From Felis catus (taxonomy: Eukaryota), in the NCBI RefSeq assembly GCF_018350175.1, contig NC_058368.1, forward strand, positions 233,370,001 to 233,434,000: a DNA stretch of 64,000 nt. Reading direction: 5' to 3'. Positions 52,799-64,000 of this stretch are shown here, piece by piece. Below the pieces are notes generated by a model that saw nothing but the letters and a program-made list of their open reading frames with translations, was not told the DNA's origin and searched no databases. The translations under genes were made by a program, and so were the position numbers. Positions within the stretch are counted from its first letter, which is position 1; every line of letters starts with the position of its first letter.

Positions 52799-52984
52799 GA
52801 AGCACACATTACCGAGGTGGCCACAGACCAGCCACTTTTCCGTGCCATGGCTGAGGGCCAGGGAAGTGGGCAGTTGAAGGTGAACCAGAGGATCACTCCG
52901 GCCAGGTACCCTTCCCTGAAAGAAAGGCATCTCATCCAAAACCTGGACTGTGTTCTGCATGGGGCTAGCGATACGTATTCAAGG

Positions 52985-53024
52985 GCTAAATGTCCATTGG
53001 CTGATGGGCGGATAAAGAAAAGGC

Positions 53025-53070
<46 letters not shown>

Positions 53071-53500
53071 AAATATCACTCAGCGATCAGAAAGAAATTT
53101 TGCCATTTGCAACAACGTGGATGGAACCAGAAGGTATTAGGCTAAGTGAAATAAGTCAGAGAAAGACAAATGCATGATTTCACTTACGTGTGGAACTTAA
53201 GAAACACAACAGACGAACACAGAGGAAGGGAAAGAAAAATGAAATAAGACATAGAGAGAGGGAGGCAAACTGTAAGACATACTTAAATACAGAGAACAAA
53301 CTGAGGGTTGCTGGAGGGGCGGTGGGTGGGGGGGATGGGCAAGATGGGTGACCGGCATTAAGGAGGGCACTTGTTGTGACTGATGAGCACTGGGTGTCAT
53401 ATCCAAGTGACAAATCACTAAATTCTACTCCTGAAGCCAAGACTACACTGTATGTTTGCCAACTTGAGTTTAAATAAAAATTACAAAAAAAATAAAAGTA
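52985..53500 (+). mobile_element. Carnivore L1 3' end (ORF2 tail, 3'UTR, poly(A))
   Basis: 'ttgccatttgcaacaacgtggatggaacc...ctaagtgaaataagtcag', 'aacaaactgagggttgctgg', 'gatgagcactgggtgtc', ending aataaaaatt...aaaa. Confidence 0.92.
53027..53068. repeat. (AC)21 microsatellite inside the L1
   Basis: Perfect 42-nt AC run. Confidence 0.97.
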
Positions 53501-53542
53501 AAACCCTCCTGCATAGCTTCTATAGTTGCTTTTGTTTGCCAT

Positions 53543-53751
53543 GTTTTAAAATTTTTTCTTTCAATGTTTACTTTTGAGAGACACAGAGAGACAGAGCATG
53601 AGCGGGGGAGGGGCAGAGAGAGAGGGAGACAGAATCTGAAGCAGGCTCTGGGCTCCGAGCTGTCAGCCCAGAGCACCATGCGGGGCTCGAGCTTACAAAC
53701 TACTTGAGCAGAAGTCAGACGCTTAACTGACTAAACCCCCCAGGCAGCCCC
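53543..53751 (-). mobile_element. CanSINE
   Basis: TSD tatagttgcttttgttt / tataattgcttttgttt. Confidence 0.92.
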
Positions 53752-54543
53752 GTATAATTGCTTTTGTTTCCTCCTATCAATTTATTTGCTTTGATGGCAG
53801 CTGTCAAACACCAAAACGGACTGACTTCAGCACATAAGGCCTTTACTTAGCTTATTCTGAGGAACGCTCCCCTAGGATGCCAAGAATGATACTAGACACA
53901 GTGTTTCTTCCCATTGTATCGCGTGAGAACACGTAGCAAAATGCTGATTTAAATATCAAAGAAATGTTGATTTCTTTATGTGCCGCTAAAGGGTGTATTA
54001 AAAATGCTGCACCCCCTGGTTGACTTCCTTACAAATGTGCTAATTCTTTGGGAAAAAATATTGTATCAGGAAAAAACAAATTATGCAATTACTTGGCAAG
54101 TGCTGGGCTCCAAAGTTTTACCGATGTCATTTTGACAGACCCCAAATATAGCTGATTTAAATATTAAAGAATCAAAAAATGACAAATAAAAGGAGACTGT
54201 TTAGTTTGGTAGGTTATTAGTCTTAAGCGCCTGTTAAATATTAACAAAAACTTCTGGATTGCATCACCGTGTAGAGAAAAAGTAAATTCTTGCTGCACCA
54301 AGAGTAGAATATATCCTGTGAAAACTCTGTCTTGCGAGGAGGCTATCCAATAACTAGGATGATTTGAACTCAAAAAAACAAGAGAGAACTTCAGTCACTA
54401 TCCCCAACCCCGCTTCCTTAACCCCCTCTGCTCCCTTTTTCTAGTATTTACTAACTACCCCTGAAATCAAGAAGCCCCTTGTTTGGGTCCGTGACCTCAC
54501 ACTGCAATTTGGCATTGATTTACGCCTTCTTGGTCACTTTAAA

Positions 54544-54756
54544 TTCTTTTTTTAAAATTTTATTTATTTTTATTTTTGAGAGAGAGAGAGAGCACACAAG
54601 CGGGAGAGAGAGGCAGAGGGAGAGAAAGAGAACCTCCAGTGGGCTCCATGCTGAGCTTAGAGCCTGACGTGGGGCTCAATCTCATGACGTCAAGATCACG
54701 ACCTGAACTGAAACCAAGACTCAGATGCTCCACCGACTGAGCCACTCAGGCGTCCC
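54544..54756 (-). mobile_element. CanSINE (left member of a head-to-head pair)
   Basis: Body ending ...gagccactcaggcgtccc. Confidence 0.9.
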
Positions 54757-54782
54757 TTGAGTCCCTTTAAAATGGAAACTCA

Positions 54783-55027
54783 GGGGCGCCTGGGTGACTC
54801 AGTCGGTTAAGCGTCCGACTTCAGCTCAGGTCATGATGTCACGGTCAGTGAGTGACCGTGATCTCACAGTTTGTGGGTCTGAGCCCCATGTCAGGCTCTG
54901 TGCTGACAGCTCAGAGCCTGGAGCCCGTTTCAGATTCTGTGTTTCCCTCTCTCTCTGCCCCTCCCCTGCTCATGCTCTGTCTCTCTCTGTCTCAAAAATA
55001 AATAAAAATATTAAAAAAAAAAAAAAA
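54783..55027 (+). mobile_element. CanSINE with a small internal duplication
   Basis: Head ggggcgcctgggtgactcagtcgg; duplicated segment catgatgtcacggtcagtgag / cgtgatctcacagtttgtggg. Confidence 0.92.
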
Positions 55028-55742
55028 GGAAACTGAGGTCAACCCTAAATCACAGCCAGTCAAATTCCCTGGAGTTACTAACCCCTCGTCCCTCTCCCTT
55101 CCAGGCTAAGCTGCCACAACTGTGTCTTCAGAATGAACTCCCGGCACCATAATTATTTGGGGAGCTCCTCTCTGGACCCATCTTCACGTTCTACGACTTT
55201 TGTCATAACTGGGGAAATGATATCGTGATAAAATGCTAATGAACGCTTCATATTTTCAGCTGTGTTTCCGAACGTCACGTTTCCCGGGCAGTTCGAAACG
55301 TTTCAGAATTGTGTTTGTCAGATGATATTAAATTGTGAACATCACATTTCAAATCGCGTTTTATGCCTGATGCCATCCTCGCCGGTCATTTGGTCCCAAC
55401 GAGAGGTCTGAGTGGCCCAACAGTTCACCACGCTCACTCCTTGTCCTCACGTTTCACGAAAGCCTCACGATTCATAACATTCTCTGGGAAGTTTCCCACA
55501 AGAGACTGTACGGTGATGGGAGCAGTCACGGGAGGACGTGGGCAAAAGGCCAGGGAAACCATGGCAGCTTCTTGTTTGAGCGTCTCATACACGATTCTCA
55601 ACAGTGAGCTAGAAAGTAAACGGAGCACACGGCTCCTTGTGCACTCCGGTCCCTGTATTTGAAAGAGCCCTGCTTTGCGACAGGACCCGGGCCAGACTAT
55701 GGCTTTCAGAGGAAACGTTTTCGGACAGAAAATGAAATTTTC

Positions 55743-55955
55743 GGAGCGCCTGGGTGGCTTGGTCGGTTAAGCGTCTGACTTCGGCTCAGGTCATGATCTC
55801 ACGGTCTGTGAGTTCGAGCCCCGCGTCGGGCTCTGTGCTGACAGCTCAGAGCCTGGAGCCTGTTTTGGATTCTGTGTCTCCCTCTCTCTCTGCCCCTCCC
55901 CTGCTCACATACTCTCTCTCAAAAATAAATGAACATTAAAATTTTTTTTAAAAAT
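55743..55955 (+). mobile_element. CanSINE
   Basis: Full body gagttcgagccccgcgtcgggctctg. Confidence 0.93.
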
Positions 55956-56524
55956 CATAAGCAAGCTTTACTGCCAGGGAAAATGATTTCCTTTCTCTAC
56001 CTAACGCTGGCTTTCATACTGTCTTACGATGTTTCTTTGAAATAAATACGAGGGGAGCATCGGCAGGAAAAAGACCACTCATTTCGCGGCAGCAGATACC
56101 AATGGAAATGATGGACGGAAAAAGGTAATCCGGCTTATTCCCTGCCCACAGCCTCTGCTGCTGTAGGAGGCGGCTCAGCTCGTGCGGAGAAGCCTTATTT
56201 TGTGTCTTTCTTCAGGGTCATCCGTCACACTGCTCACGTGTGTCCCACAGACCTGTCGGCAGCAGCTGAAAACAGATTCCTTTCTTGGTGAGAAGGGAAA
56301 ACAGCCCTGGGAGAGGTATTCCTGGTGTGAGGATGTGTTTCTTCTCCAAAGGAAGCCCGGTTATTGCCAAAAAAACAAAAACAAAAAAACAACGAAACCT
56401 AACACATTCAGCTCCTCAAACACTTATGACAGTGACCGAACTGCCTGTCAGTCACATTAAATATTCTCTATGAAATGCAATCAGATGTTTCCCAGGGAGG
56501 TTCTGCCTTGAAAAAATTAGGTGA

Positions 56525-56683
56525 GGGGCGCCTGGGTGGCTCAGTCGGTTGAGCATCTGACTTCGGCTCAGGTCATGATCTCACGGTCTGTGAGTTCGAG
56601 CCCCGTGTCAGGCTCTGTGCCAACAGCTCAGAGCCTGGAACCTGCTTCGGGTTCTGTGTCTCCTTCTCTCTTTGCTCCTCCAC

Positions 56684-56729
<46 letters not shown>

Positions 56730-56748
56730 AATAAACATTCAAAAAAAA
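56525..56748 (+). mobile_element. CanSINE
   Basis: Full body with (CT)n; ttaggtga on both flanks. Confidence 0.93.
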
Positions 56749-59289
56749 TTTAAGTTAGGTGATAAATCCTGGTTTTATGAGGCCAAACTGGACTTCCCCA
56801 AAAGAAATGGTTTCTTTTTTAACGGACTGCATGCTTCCCCCTTCATTCATTCTTACGCTTAGTAACTACTGAAGGGCCAGTCCTGACACAGAAGGTGCCT
56901 TCCTGAAACACGTGCTGGGTGGAGGGGAAGGTCTCACCGTCAAATGTGTGGACGTCGTTTAAAGGTCTCGTTCTGTACCTTGTACGTGGCGCTGCTGGCC
57001 AATGCAGGACGCTCCGGAGTGTGTTTTGTGCATGCTGCCCGTGCCCAGCTCTGGAGCGAAAGTGCTCTGGACAGATGACGAGGCTGAATCATAGGGCTTT
57101 CCGTTAAGGGAGCTGAACACCACCGTCTGTGCGTGCATCTCAGAACCCTACCTAGCGCACCTGTTGTCCTTCAAATGTGTTCTGCGCCCTATCCCTTCAC
57201 GGTGGTGTCCACCCCTGACCCAGCTGGCACCTGCAGCTTGCATTTACCAGAATCTTCTGGGAACTTGTTGGTGTGCCCCTCTGGAGAGCTGGACCTTCGA
57301 GCGACAGGGCTCTTGCAAAAATGCACGTTACAAAGCCGAGCATGAGGAACCCATCTTAGGAAACGCACTCGTTTGTACACGCTCTCACCACTGCCCTGGG
57401 CCGCTCTGTCCATCTTCCTCCCCTAGGAACACTGTCACGCCCTTACACTATCCAAAGTACGTCGGACAGACTCGGGCGGGAAGGTCAGGTATTCTAATGG
57501 CTGGTCACACGTTTGCAGAAATGCCTCTCCCAGAAAAGCCCCTCTTGTCTCAGTCTTCTGTACCTCATGTCACGGTCCCTACCCTGTGGCTGTTCCCGCT
57601 CCGATGACAGCTCTGGGGCCACAGTACAAATTCCTTTGGGTCGTCACACAGAAAGCCTCTGCTCAACCTGCCTGGGCCCCTCATGAGCAAGGGACCCAGG
57701 CTGACTGATGCCAGTCTCTCCTTGTGCCTAAGTTCCTTCTAGAGCAGGACGGCTCTTGAGGGAATCACCCGTCCAGACACAGCCCCGTTTTCCAGCCGAT
57801 CCCCACTCAGCCTTGATTAAGTCCGTGTTGGAAATAAATGATGTCATGGCCGAGGTGTGCCTGAGACCTAGAAGGTGAGGCCCCCACCCCACCCCAAAGG
57901 GGGCCTCACGGTCTCTGCAGGACATGGGCCTTGGAGGCTGTGAATGCAGGAGGAGGGGAGATGAGCTCAGGGTCGGTGGCTAATTTGACAGAGAAGAGGG
58001 AGGCGGCCCAGGCCGGTGGAGTCCCCACGGTCAGCCAGACACAGCAAGGCAAACTCCACACAGGGACGCCAGACCAATGGCCAGCGGGGCTCAGGGAAGC
58101 CAGCTGGCCGTGTGGGATCACTGCGGAGCCCCTGCCCACAGGCACCACGACTTTTAACTGCCTGCAAGAGGCAACTCGGAGCAGCCTCCTTTCTGAGCCG
58201 ACCTCTGTGGCCGAGCGGGCGGCCGGAGGAAGGAGTGGTCACGGTGGCCTACTGCACCGGTCTGTGCCTGGGGCGGCTGCCATTAGGGCCTGGCCGCACG
58301 CCCTCTCTCAGGGGAGCTCCTGGAGGGACCTGGGGCATGTGGTCCGGTGAGGCAGGGCGAGCCAGCGTGCCTGTCCTCCAGAGGGCGACGTGGGAGGACG
58401 CCCCAGAATCCGCACGCCCATCAGGAAGCGGGAGGGCCGAGGGCCAGCTGTGGCTTCTCCCTGGCACCCCCTTTCCAGGACGCCTTAATATGGACTTCTA
58501 GGCAGAGGGAAGCAGATGAAGAGGCCCCCGGCTGGCCTCCCGCTGGCATCAGCTTCCCCTGAACCCCCGCGTGCGTCAGAAGGAGCCAGTGGCCTGTTCT
58601 GCAGCATGATGGCAGAACTGATGTCAAGGAAGTGCCCAAGGTCCCCTTCAGCCTCAGCCCCTTCACTACCGCATCACGTAAATGTCCCAGATGCCCAGCG
58701 TCTTCCTTCCTGCTCACCGTTCCTTCCCTTCTGGTGAGCCCACCTGCCCATCCGCCAGGGTTCAGAACAGCCGGCCTTGACCTCCCTCCTTGACACCTCT
58801 CCACACGCCTCGCTGGCAGAGTCTCCGATTCACATGGGCTTAGCCAGCTGTCCGTCTCGGGGACGGCACCGTGAGCTCCCGAAGGCAGGTCACAGTTTTT
58901 AGGCTCCCAGCATTTAGTAACACGCCAGGCACGTGGTTATGCCCAACAGATATTTTTATGCCAAAGGGATGCTAAGCCCCAAAAACTATGTCTTTATTAT
59001 TTAATATATCCGGTGTGCTTCCTCAGCCTGATTTTCTGCTTTCTGGAAGGCGAGGGCTGTACGTATGCCCTGTAGTTCCAACAGCTAGTAAAATAGCCCA
59101 AATACGAGGTATCTTAACGCCTCATGGTTGCTGGTGACGATGTCAGAATAAGAAGGATGCATCGCCATGGGTGTGGATTACCTACGTGTCTGTCTTAAGG
59201 GATATACGAGTCATGGTACCATCGATACAGTGAGATCGACCACTGGTTAAATATGTACAAAGCACCCGGTTCTGTCCTAAGCGTGATAG

Positions 59290-60051
59290 TGATGGGAGAA
59301 AAAGAGACAAGGGTGGGACTTTGCTGTCACTTGAGTTTCCAGGTAGGATTCCTGGGGCATACAGATTGGAACCCTCCTACAGCTCCCGCAAGGACTTCCC
59401 TCAATGTTTTACCACAATAGCTCTGCTCTGGTGAGGGTACCTTCACTCTGATCACCCTAACCCCCCCTCCTCTGCCAAGATACACGTTAGCAATTACCTT
59501 CCAAATGTATGGCCCACTGATAGACATCTGGAGCGTCTCAGGACTAATGTTTCACTAGGCAGTAGTAAATAACCTTACCTTATAATAGCAGCTAGCCCCT
59601 CAAGGTCCCGGAAGCCTTGTTTCCAAATTCCACAGACTTATGCTCTCCCCAGCCCCACTAACTAAAGAGTATTTAATCAGTCACTCTTCACAAACACAAG
59701 TGCAGCTCTCCCTGCCCACGGGGCCTGTCCCCATGCTATAATGAAAGCACCCCTTTGCACCAAAAATGTCTCAAGAATTCTTTCTCGGGGCGCCTGGGTG
59801 GCGCAGTCGGTTAAGCGTCCGACTTCAGCCAGGTCACGATCTCGCGGTCTGTGAGTTCGAGCCCCGCGTCAGGCTCAGGGCTGATGGCTCAGAGCCTGGA
59901 GCCTGTTTCTGATTCTGTGTCTCCCTCTCTCTCTGCCCCTCCCCCGTTCATGCTCTGTCTTTCTCTGTCCCAAAAATAAATAAACGTTGAAAAAAAAAAA
60001 AAAAAGAAAAAAAGAATTCTTTCTCGACCGCTCGCCCCCAGCCCCACATCA
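59290..60051 (+). mobile_element. Putative ERV1-like solo LTR interrupted by a young CanSINE
   Basis: TATA-like tatttaa 59670-59676, variant poly(A) signal aatgaa ~59740, U5-like end ...gccccacatca; 5' boundary uncertain. Confidence 0.5.
59787..60011 (+). mobile_element. Young CanSINE (SINEC_Fc-type)
   Basis: Near-consensus body, long A-tail, perfect 15-bp TSD aagaattctttctcg (59773-59787 and 60012-60026). Confidence 0.96.
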
Positions 60052-60517
60052 GGAGGAACACCAGCTCATTTGCCCCAGCGGGGCAGTGTCAGAACTCATT
60101 TTCGAGAAGTGGAAATGGAGCCTGTGAAAGTTGCATGGAAACCCTATAAAATTGCACAGCCGGACAAGTGGGGGACCAGTGTTACGATCAGGCCTGTTAG
60201 ACTCCAGAGCAGGATACCTCTCCCACTGCATTCTCTGTATCTAGATGGTTCTGTCATCCCTCGGTGATTACCCCACTGACAGTCAGTGTCCTTTCTGTAG
60301 CTAGCAGGGCCGTGGGAAGCTGCTGGAAGGTACCACCCTCTCCCTGGTGGCTCCTGCAGAAAGCACCCTTGGCCTTAGTGATGCTGAGGGTGGACGGATG
60401 TTGAATTTAATAGGCAGTAACTGGTGTCAGCACGGAGCCCCGGTCAAGGTCTGAAAGTCCCACCGAGTCAGGCATCGGAGGCAAAGAAGGCCGTGCCTGG
60501 CGGGAGCCCTGACTCAC

Positions 60518-60655
60518 CATGTTGAACACGGCCATGGTCAGGATGATGGCAGTGGTGAGGACTGTGAGGGAGACCCGCGGCCAGGGCCGGTCCGCGATGA
60601 TGCTGGACGACTTCAGCAGCCACAGGAGAGAGGCGGAGGCCTTCTTGCTGCATTG
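60518..60655 (-). CDS. ADCY2: Adenylate cyclase 2, coding exon (~exon 16), M2 transmembrane region
   Basis: 138 nt, phase 0/0; acceptor ...cctcccag|CAA, donor ATG|gtgagt; translates QCSKKASASLLWLLKSSSIIADRPWPRVSLTVLTTAIILTMAVFNM, matching mammalian AC2. Confidence 0.95.
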
Positions 60656-60914
60656 CTGGGAGGAGACAGGAAAGGAAACACGTCACGTTTCTTCATGATG
60701 TTTAACACCACAAAAGGCATCGGTACTCTTCCCAGAACAAACAAGGAGGCGCTGGTCTCCGCTGGGGGCCCATACCAGGTCACAAACCTTCCTCAAACTA
60801 TGTGAGCATCATGGTGACAAATAAAGAACAAATTAGTTAAGTTTCTGCGATAAATTCAGAATGTGCTTGTATGTCCTGAAATTACGTTTAAAAACAACCC
60901 AAACAAAAAACTCA

Positions 60915-61132
60915 GGGCGCCTGGGTGGCTCCGTTGGTGAAGCATCTGACTTCAGCTCAGGTCACGATCTCCCAGTTCACGAGTCAGAGTCCCACGTCAG
61001 GCTCTGTACTGACAGCTCAGAGCCTGGAGCTTGCTTCGGATTGTGTCCCCCTCTCTCTCTCCACCCCAACCCTGCTCGTGCTCTCCCTCCCTCTCTCTCT
61101 CTCTCTTAAAATTAAATAAACATGAAAAAAAA
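60915..61132 (+). mobile_element. CanSINE
   Basis: gggcgcctgggtggctccgttgg head, (CT)n, A-tail. Confidence 0.92.
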
Positions 61133-61419
61133 CCCTCTGATAAAAGAAAACTATGTCAGTTGATTAAACCACTCGGGGGAACGTGGCAGGTCTCAGGTCA
61201 CAGCCATGATAAAACAATGATCACAATTCGGCCATTCACATGGGAGACAGATCGGCAGGTAGCTAGTCATGATCCAGTTGGCTTAGTTGGCTACCAAGCA
61301 AATTGATGTCCTTACCTCCAAAGGCAACATCCACTGTTCTCAGGCATGTGTCTTCGTGATGGCTTTACCTTATCCTGCCCTCCGGGGACTTTCCACATGG
61401 AGACCCTCTTTTCCAAAGT

Positions 61420-61880
61420 TTTGATGGTGCTAAAAATTACCTAACGTAACCTTTTCCCTCTTACCCATTTTTGAGCACACGGGTCAGCGGCGTTAACTAT
61501 ATTCACAGTGTTGCGTAGTACGTCTCTGTAACTTTTCATCTCGCACAACTAGAGTCTATAGCCACTGAAGAACTCCCCTCTCTCCTTCCCCTTGCCTCCG
61601 GCGACCACCATCTTACTTTCCGTCTCTAAAAGTTTGACGACTCTGGGCACCTACCAAAGGTGGAAGCATGCAGCATTTGTCTTTTTGTGACTGGCTTATT
61701 TCACTCAGCATTATCTCCAGGTTCGTCCGCGTTGTCACGGGTGACCAGATTTCCTTGTTTTTGGAAGGCTGAATAACGTTCCATTCTAGGCACATACCGC
61801 ATTTTATTTATCCACGCATCTGTGGATGGTCACTGTTGCCTCTGACTTCCGGCTACTGCGAATAATGCGGCAGCGAGTGT
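61420..61880 (-). mobile_element. Old L1 3' end (L1MA/MB-like)
   Basis: 'catttgtctttttgtgactggcttatttcactcagcat', 'aggctgaataacgttccatt', 'tgtggatggtcact'. Confidence 0.88.
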
Positions 61881-62275
61881 GGGTGTTGGGAGAAATGCTT
61901 TCGATACAAGAAGGAATTGAGGTATTTATGGGATGGCAGCCAATGTTCCCTCATCATCTGCTGGGGGCCAGACTCTGCTCCGTGGGACTTTAGGGGTTGA
62001 GCTCGCCTCATCCTTAAGGCCACCTTTCCAGAGGGGCCACTGTAATTCAGACCTTTGTCCAGGTGGTGGCAGGATGGAGGTGGGGAGAGTTCTAAGGCGT
62101 GGGTAACAAACTGCCTGTGCCAGGCGCTGCTGGGATCGACAGATGTCACCTGACCTGACAAGCTGTACAAAACGGTCTCTAGGGATCTCCACTTTAACCT
62201 TCATGCGAAAGGGGCTGTGGCCCTATGGCTAACGTGTCCTGAAAACACTAGAAAAAGGTTATGATTTCAAAAATT

Positions 62276-62489
62276 AAAAAAAAAATTAATGTTTATTTTT
62301 GACAGAGGGAGAAAGAGACAGAGCACCAGCAGGGGAGGGGCAGAGAGAGAGGGAGACAAAGAATCCGAAGCAGGCTCCAGGCTCCGAGCTGTCAGCACAG
62401 AGCCTGACGTGGGGCTCAAACCCACAAACTGTGAGATCATGACCTGAGCCGAAGTCGGGCGCTCGACTGATGGAGTCACCCAGGCGCCC
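62276..62489 (-). mobile_element. CanSINE
   Basis: TSD tgatttcaaaaatt at 62262-62275 and 62490-62503. Confidence 0.94.
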
Positions 62490-62769
62490 TGATTTCAAAA
62501 ATTTAAAAAAAAAAAGGCCAACAAACTGTACCTTTCTGACTCGAACCACTAAGTTAATATAATGGCAAAGCTGATGTAACATCGATAAACCACGTAACAG
62601 AGAATCCTCAGTAGCACGAATAGACAGCACTTTTATTTCTCTACGTCTTTCAGAGTCTTTCTGCTTCAGTCTTAGAAACAGAAGCACTGCAGTATGTTAA
62701 ATGCTGATACAGCAATGAAATGGGATTCTGCAAGACAGGATGAGAGGTGGTTAGGACAGTAAGAATCAG

Positions 62770-62950
62770 CCCAGGAGCCCAGGAGCAAACCCCCAGAGTC
62801 GAGAGACTTTCTGCAGGTGAACTATCCTCTCTGGCCTCAGCCTCCCCAGCTCTAAAATGGGGACAATAATAATACGTGGTTCCTTGGTCTTGTAGGACGT
62901 TAAATGAGCTACATAATAAGGCACCAGGGGCAGGACTCCCAAGTGTTAGC
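62770..62950 (+). mobile_element. MIR SINE fragment
   Basis: 'ctctctggcctcagcctccccagctctaaaatggggacaataataatac...ggacgttaaatgag'. Confidence 0.7.
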
Positions 62951-63956
62951 TCCCGTTGTTACGCTTATGAAGAAAACATAATAATTCTCAGAGACATTTA
63001 ATGACTGTCTCTTTGCTCTGCATCTATACGAACAATAAAACCTCATTCCCCCCCCCCCCACTATGGTTTTTCCTCCAAGCAGCCTCCTTCTTTCTTCAAT
63101 CCTGTCACCAGGTAGAGGCCACGTGAAGAAAACTGTTCAGAAATATGGAAATTGGAAAATATTGCTGGTGGCAAGGACCAGGAAACAGCCGGTGACAGGG
63201 ACGTGCGCCCTGAGCTGATGTGTAGAGAGAGGAGGGGGAGGAGAGTGAAGATGTGCGGGGAGCAGAGGATGCCGATGGCGGGGCAGAGGAGAAAAGAGAC
63301 GACGTTCTTGAGGTAGAAGGATCAGGAAAGGAGACCACTGATGCGACTATAGCTCTGAACAAAAAGCACGACTTCGTTCCTGACATGATAACGGAGCTCA
63401 GTGTGCCTGTTTTGGGTTAACTATTCAAGTACAGTCCCCGGTGGAAAAGCAAGTGTCAAAATTGGCACCGTTGTAATGAAACATTATAAACAATACCATC
63501 TCCCACAGTATTTTGGCATTGATTCAGAAGGTGCCCTTCAGAGCCCAGCTTTACCCGTTTGATCTCTGGTGTAACGGCTGGCATGACTTCCTTCAAATCT
63601 GCGTCCTCCCTTTGTTGACCATCAGTGAGTCCCACTGCATACACGATGGCCTCCTGCTTACAGTGAGCTCACTGTGAGCCTTCCAGAAACGTGCTTGACT
63701 GTTAATGCCACACCCACCCACTGGTGAATGTGGAACTGGCACCAACTGTAGCGGGAGATGTGAGAGGAGGAAGAATGTCAATTCATATGGAAACGCCATC
63801 ATGGCGTTGGTGCTGGGGACAATGGCCAGTGCGGTTTGCTAGAAGGCGTATGGGATGAATATCGACGTTCTTCTCTCAGTATAGGCAGACGATTCTCCCC
63901 AGAAAAATAATGTGTTCATAATATGTTTGGATTAAAACAAAACAAAACAAAACAGG

Positions 63957-64000
63957 AGGGGCACCTGGGTGGCTGAGTCAGTTAAGCATCCGACTTCCAC
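63957..64000 (+). mobile_element. CanSINE 5' end (truncated by the window edge)
   Basis: ggggcacctgggtggctgagtcagttaagcatccgact. Confidence 0.88.

Noticed and set aside
1..64000. CRISPR array, operon or other prokaryote-type system
   Set aside because: Mammalian intron-exon DNA with no regularly spaced direct repeats or dense ORF cluster.

Overview
Felid (cat-like) genomic DNA, judged from young SINEC_Fc-type CanSINEs. The window holds the 3' half of adenylate cyclase 2 (ADCY2) on the minus strand: eight GT-AG coding exons (138, 120, 170, 85, 159, 147, 108 and 115 nt; 1042 nt) that splice into one open frame. They cover the second transmembrane cluster (M2) and most of the C2a catalytic domain, roughly exons 16-23 by human numbering (numbering from recall). 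The gene start and the last exons lie outside the window. The introns are mostly interspersed repeats: about 25 CanSINEs, MaLR/ERVL/ERV1-like LTRs, L1 3' ends, MIR, L2, MER20 and microsatellites. The most notable non-obvious signal is a heavily decayed but colinear hAT-family transposase remnant (about 37.8-41.7 kb, minus strand, partly CpG-rich) inside one intron. Others are an abrupt switch in SINE orientation at about 54.77 kb, a poly(A)-only retroinsertion with a perfect 16-bp TSD, and a serial triple-SINE insertion site. I see no evidence of a novel multi-gene system, and almost all short ORFs in the track are spurious. Repeat subfamily names come from recalled consensus similarity, and repeat boundaries are approximate.
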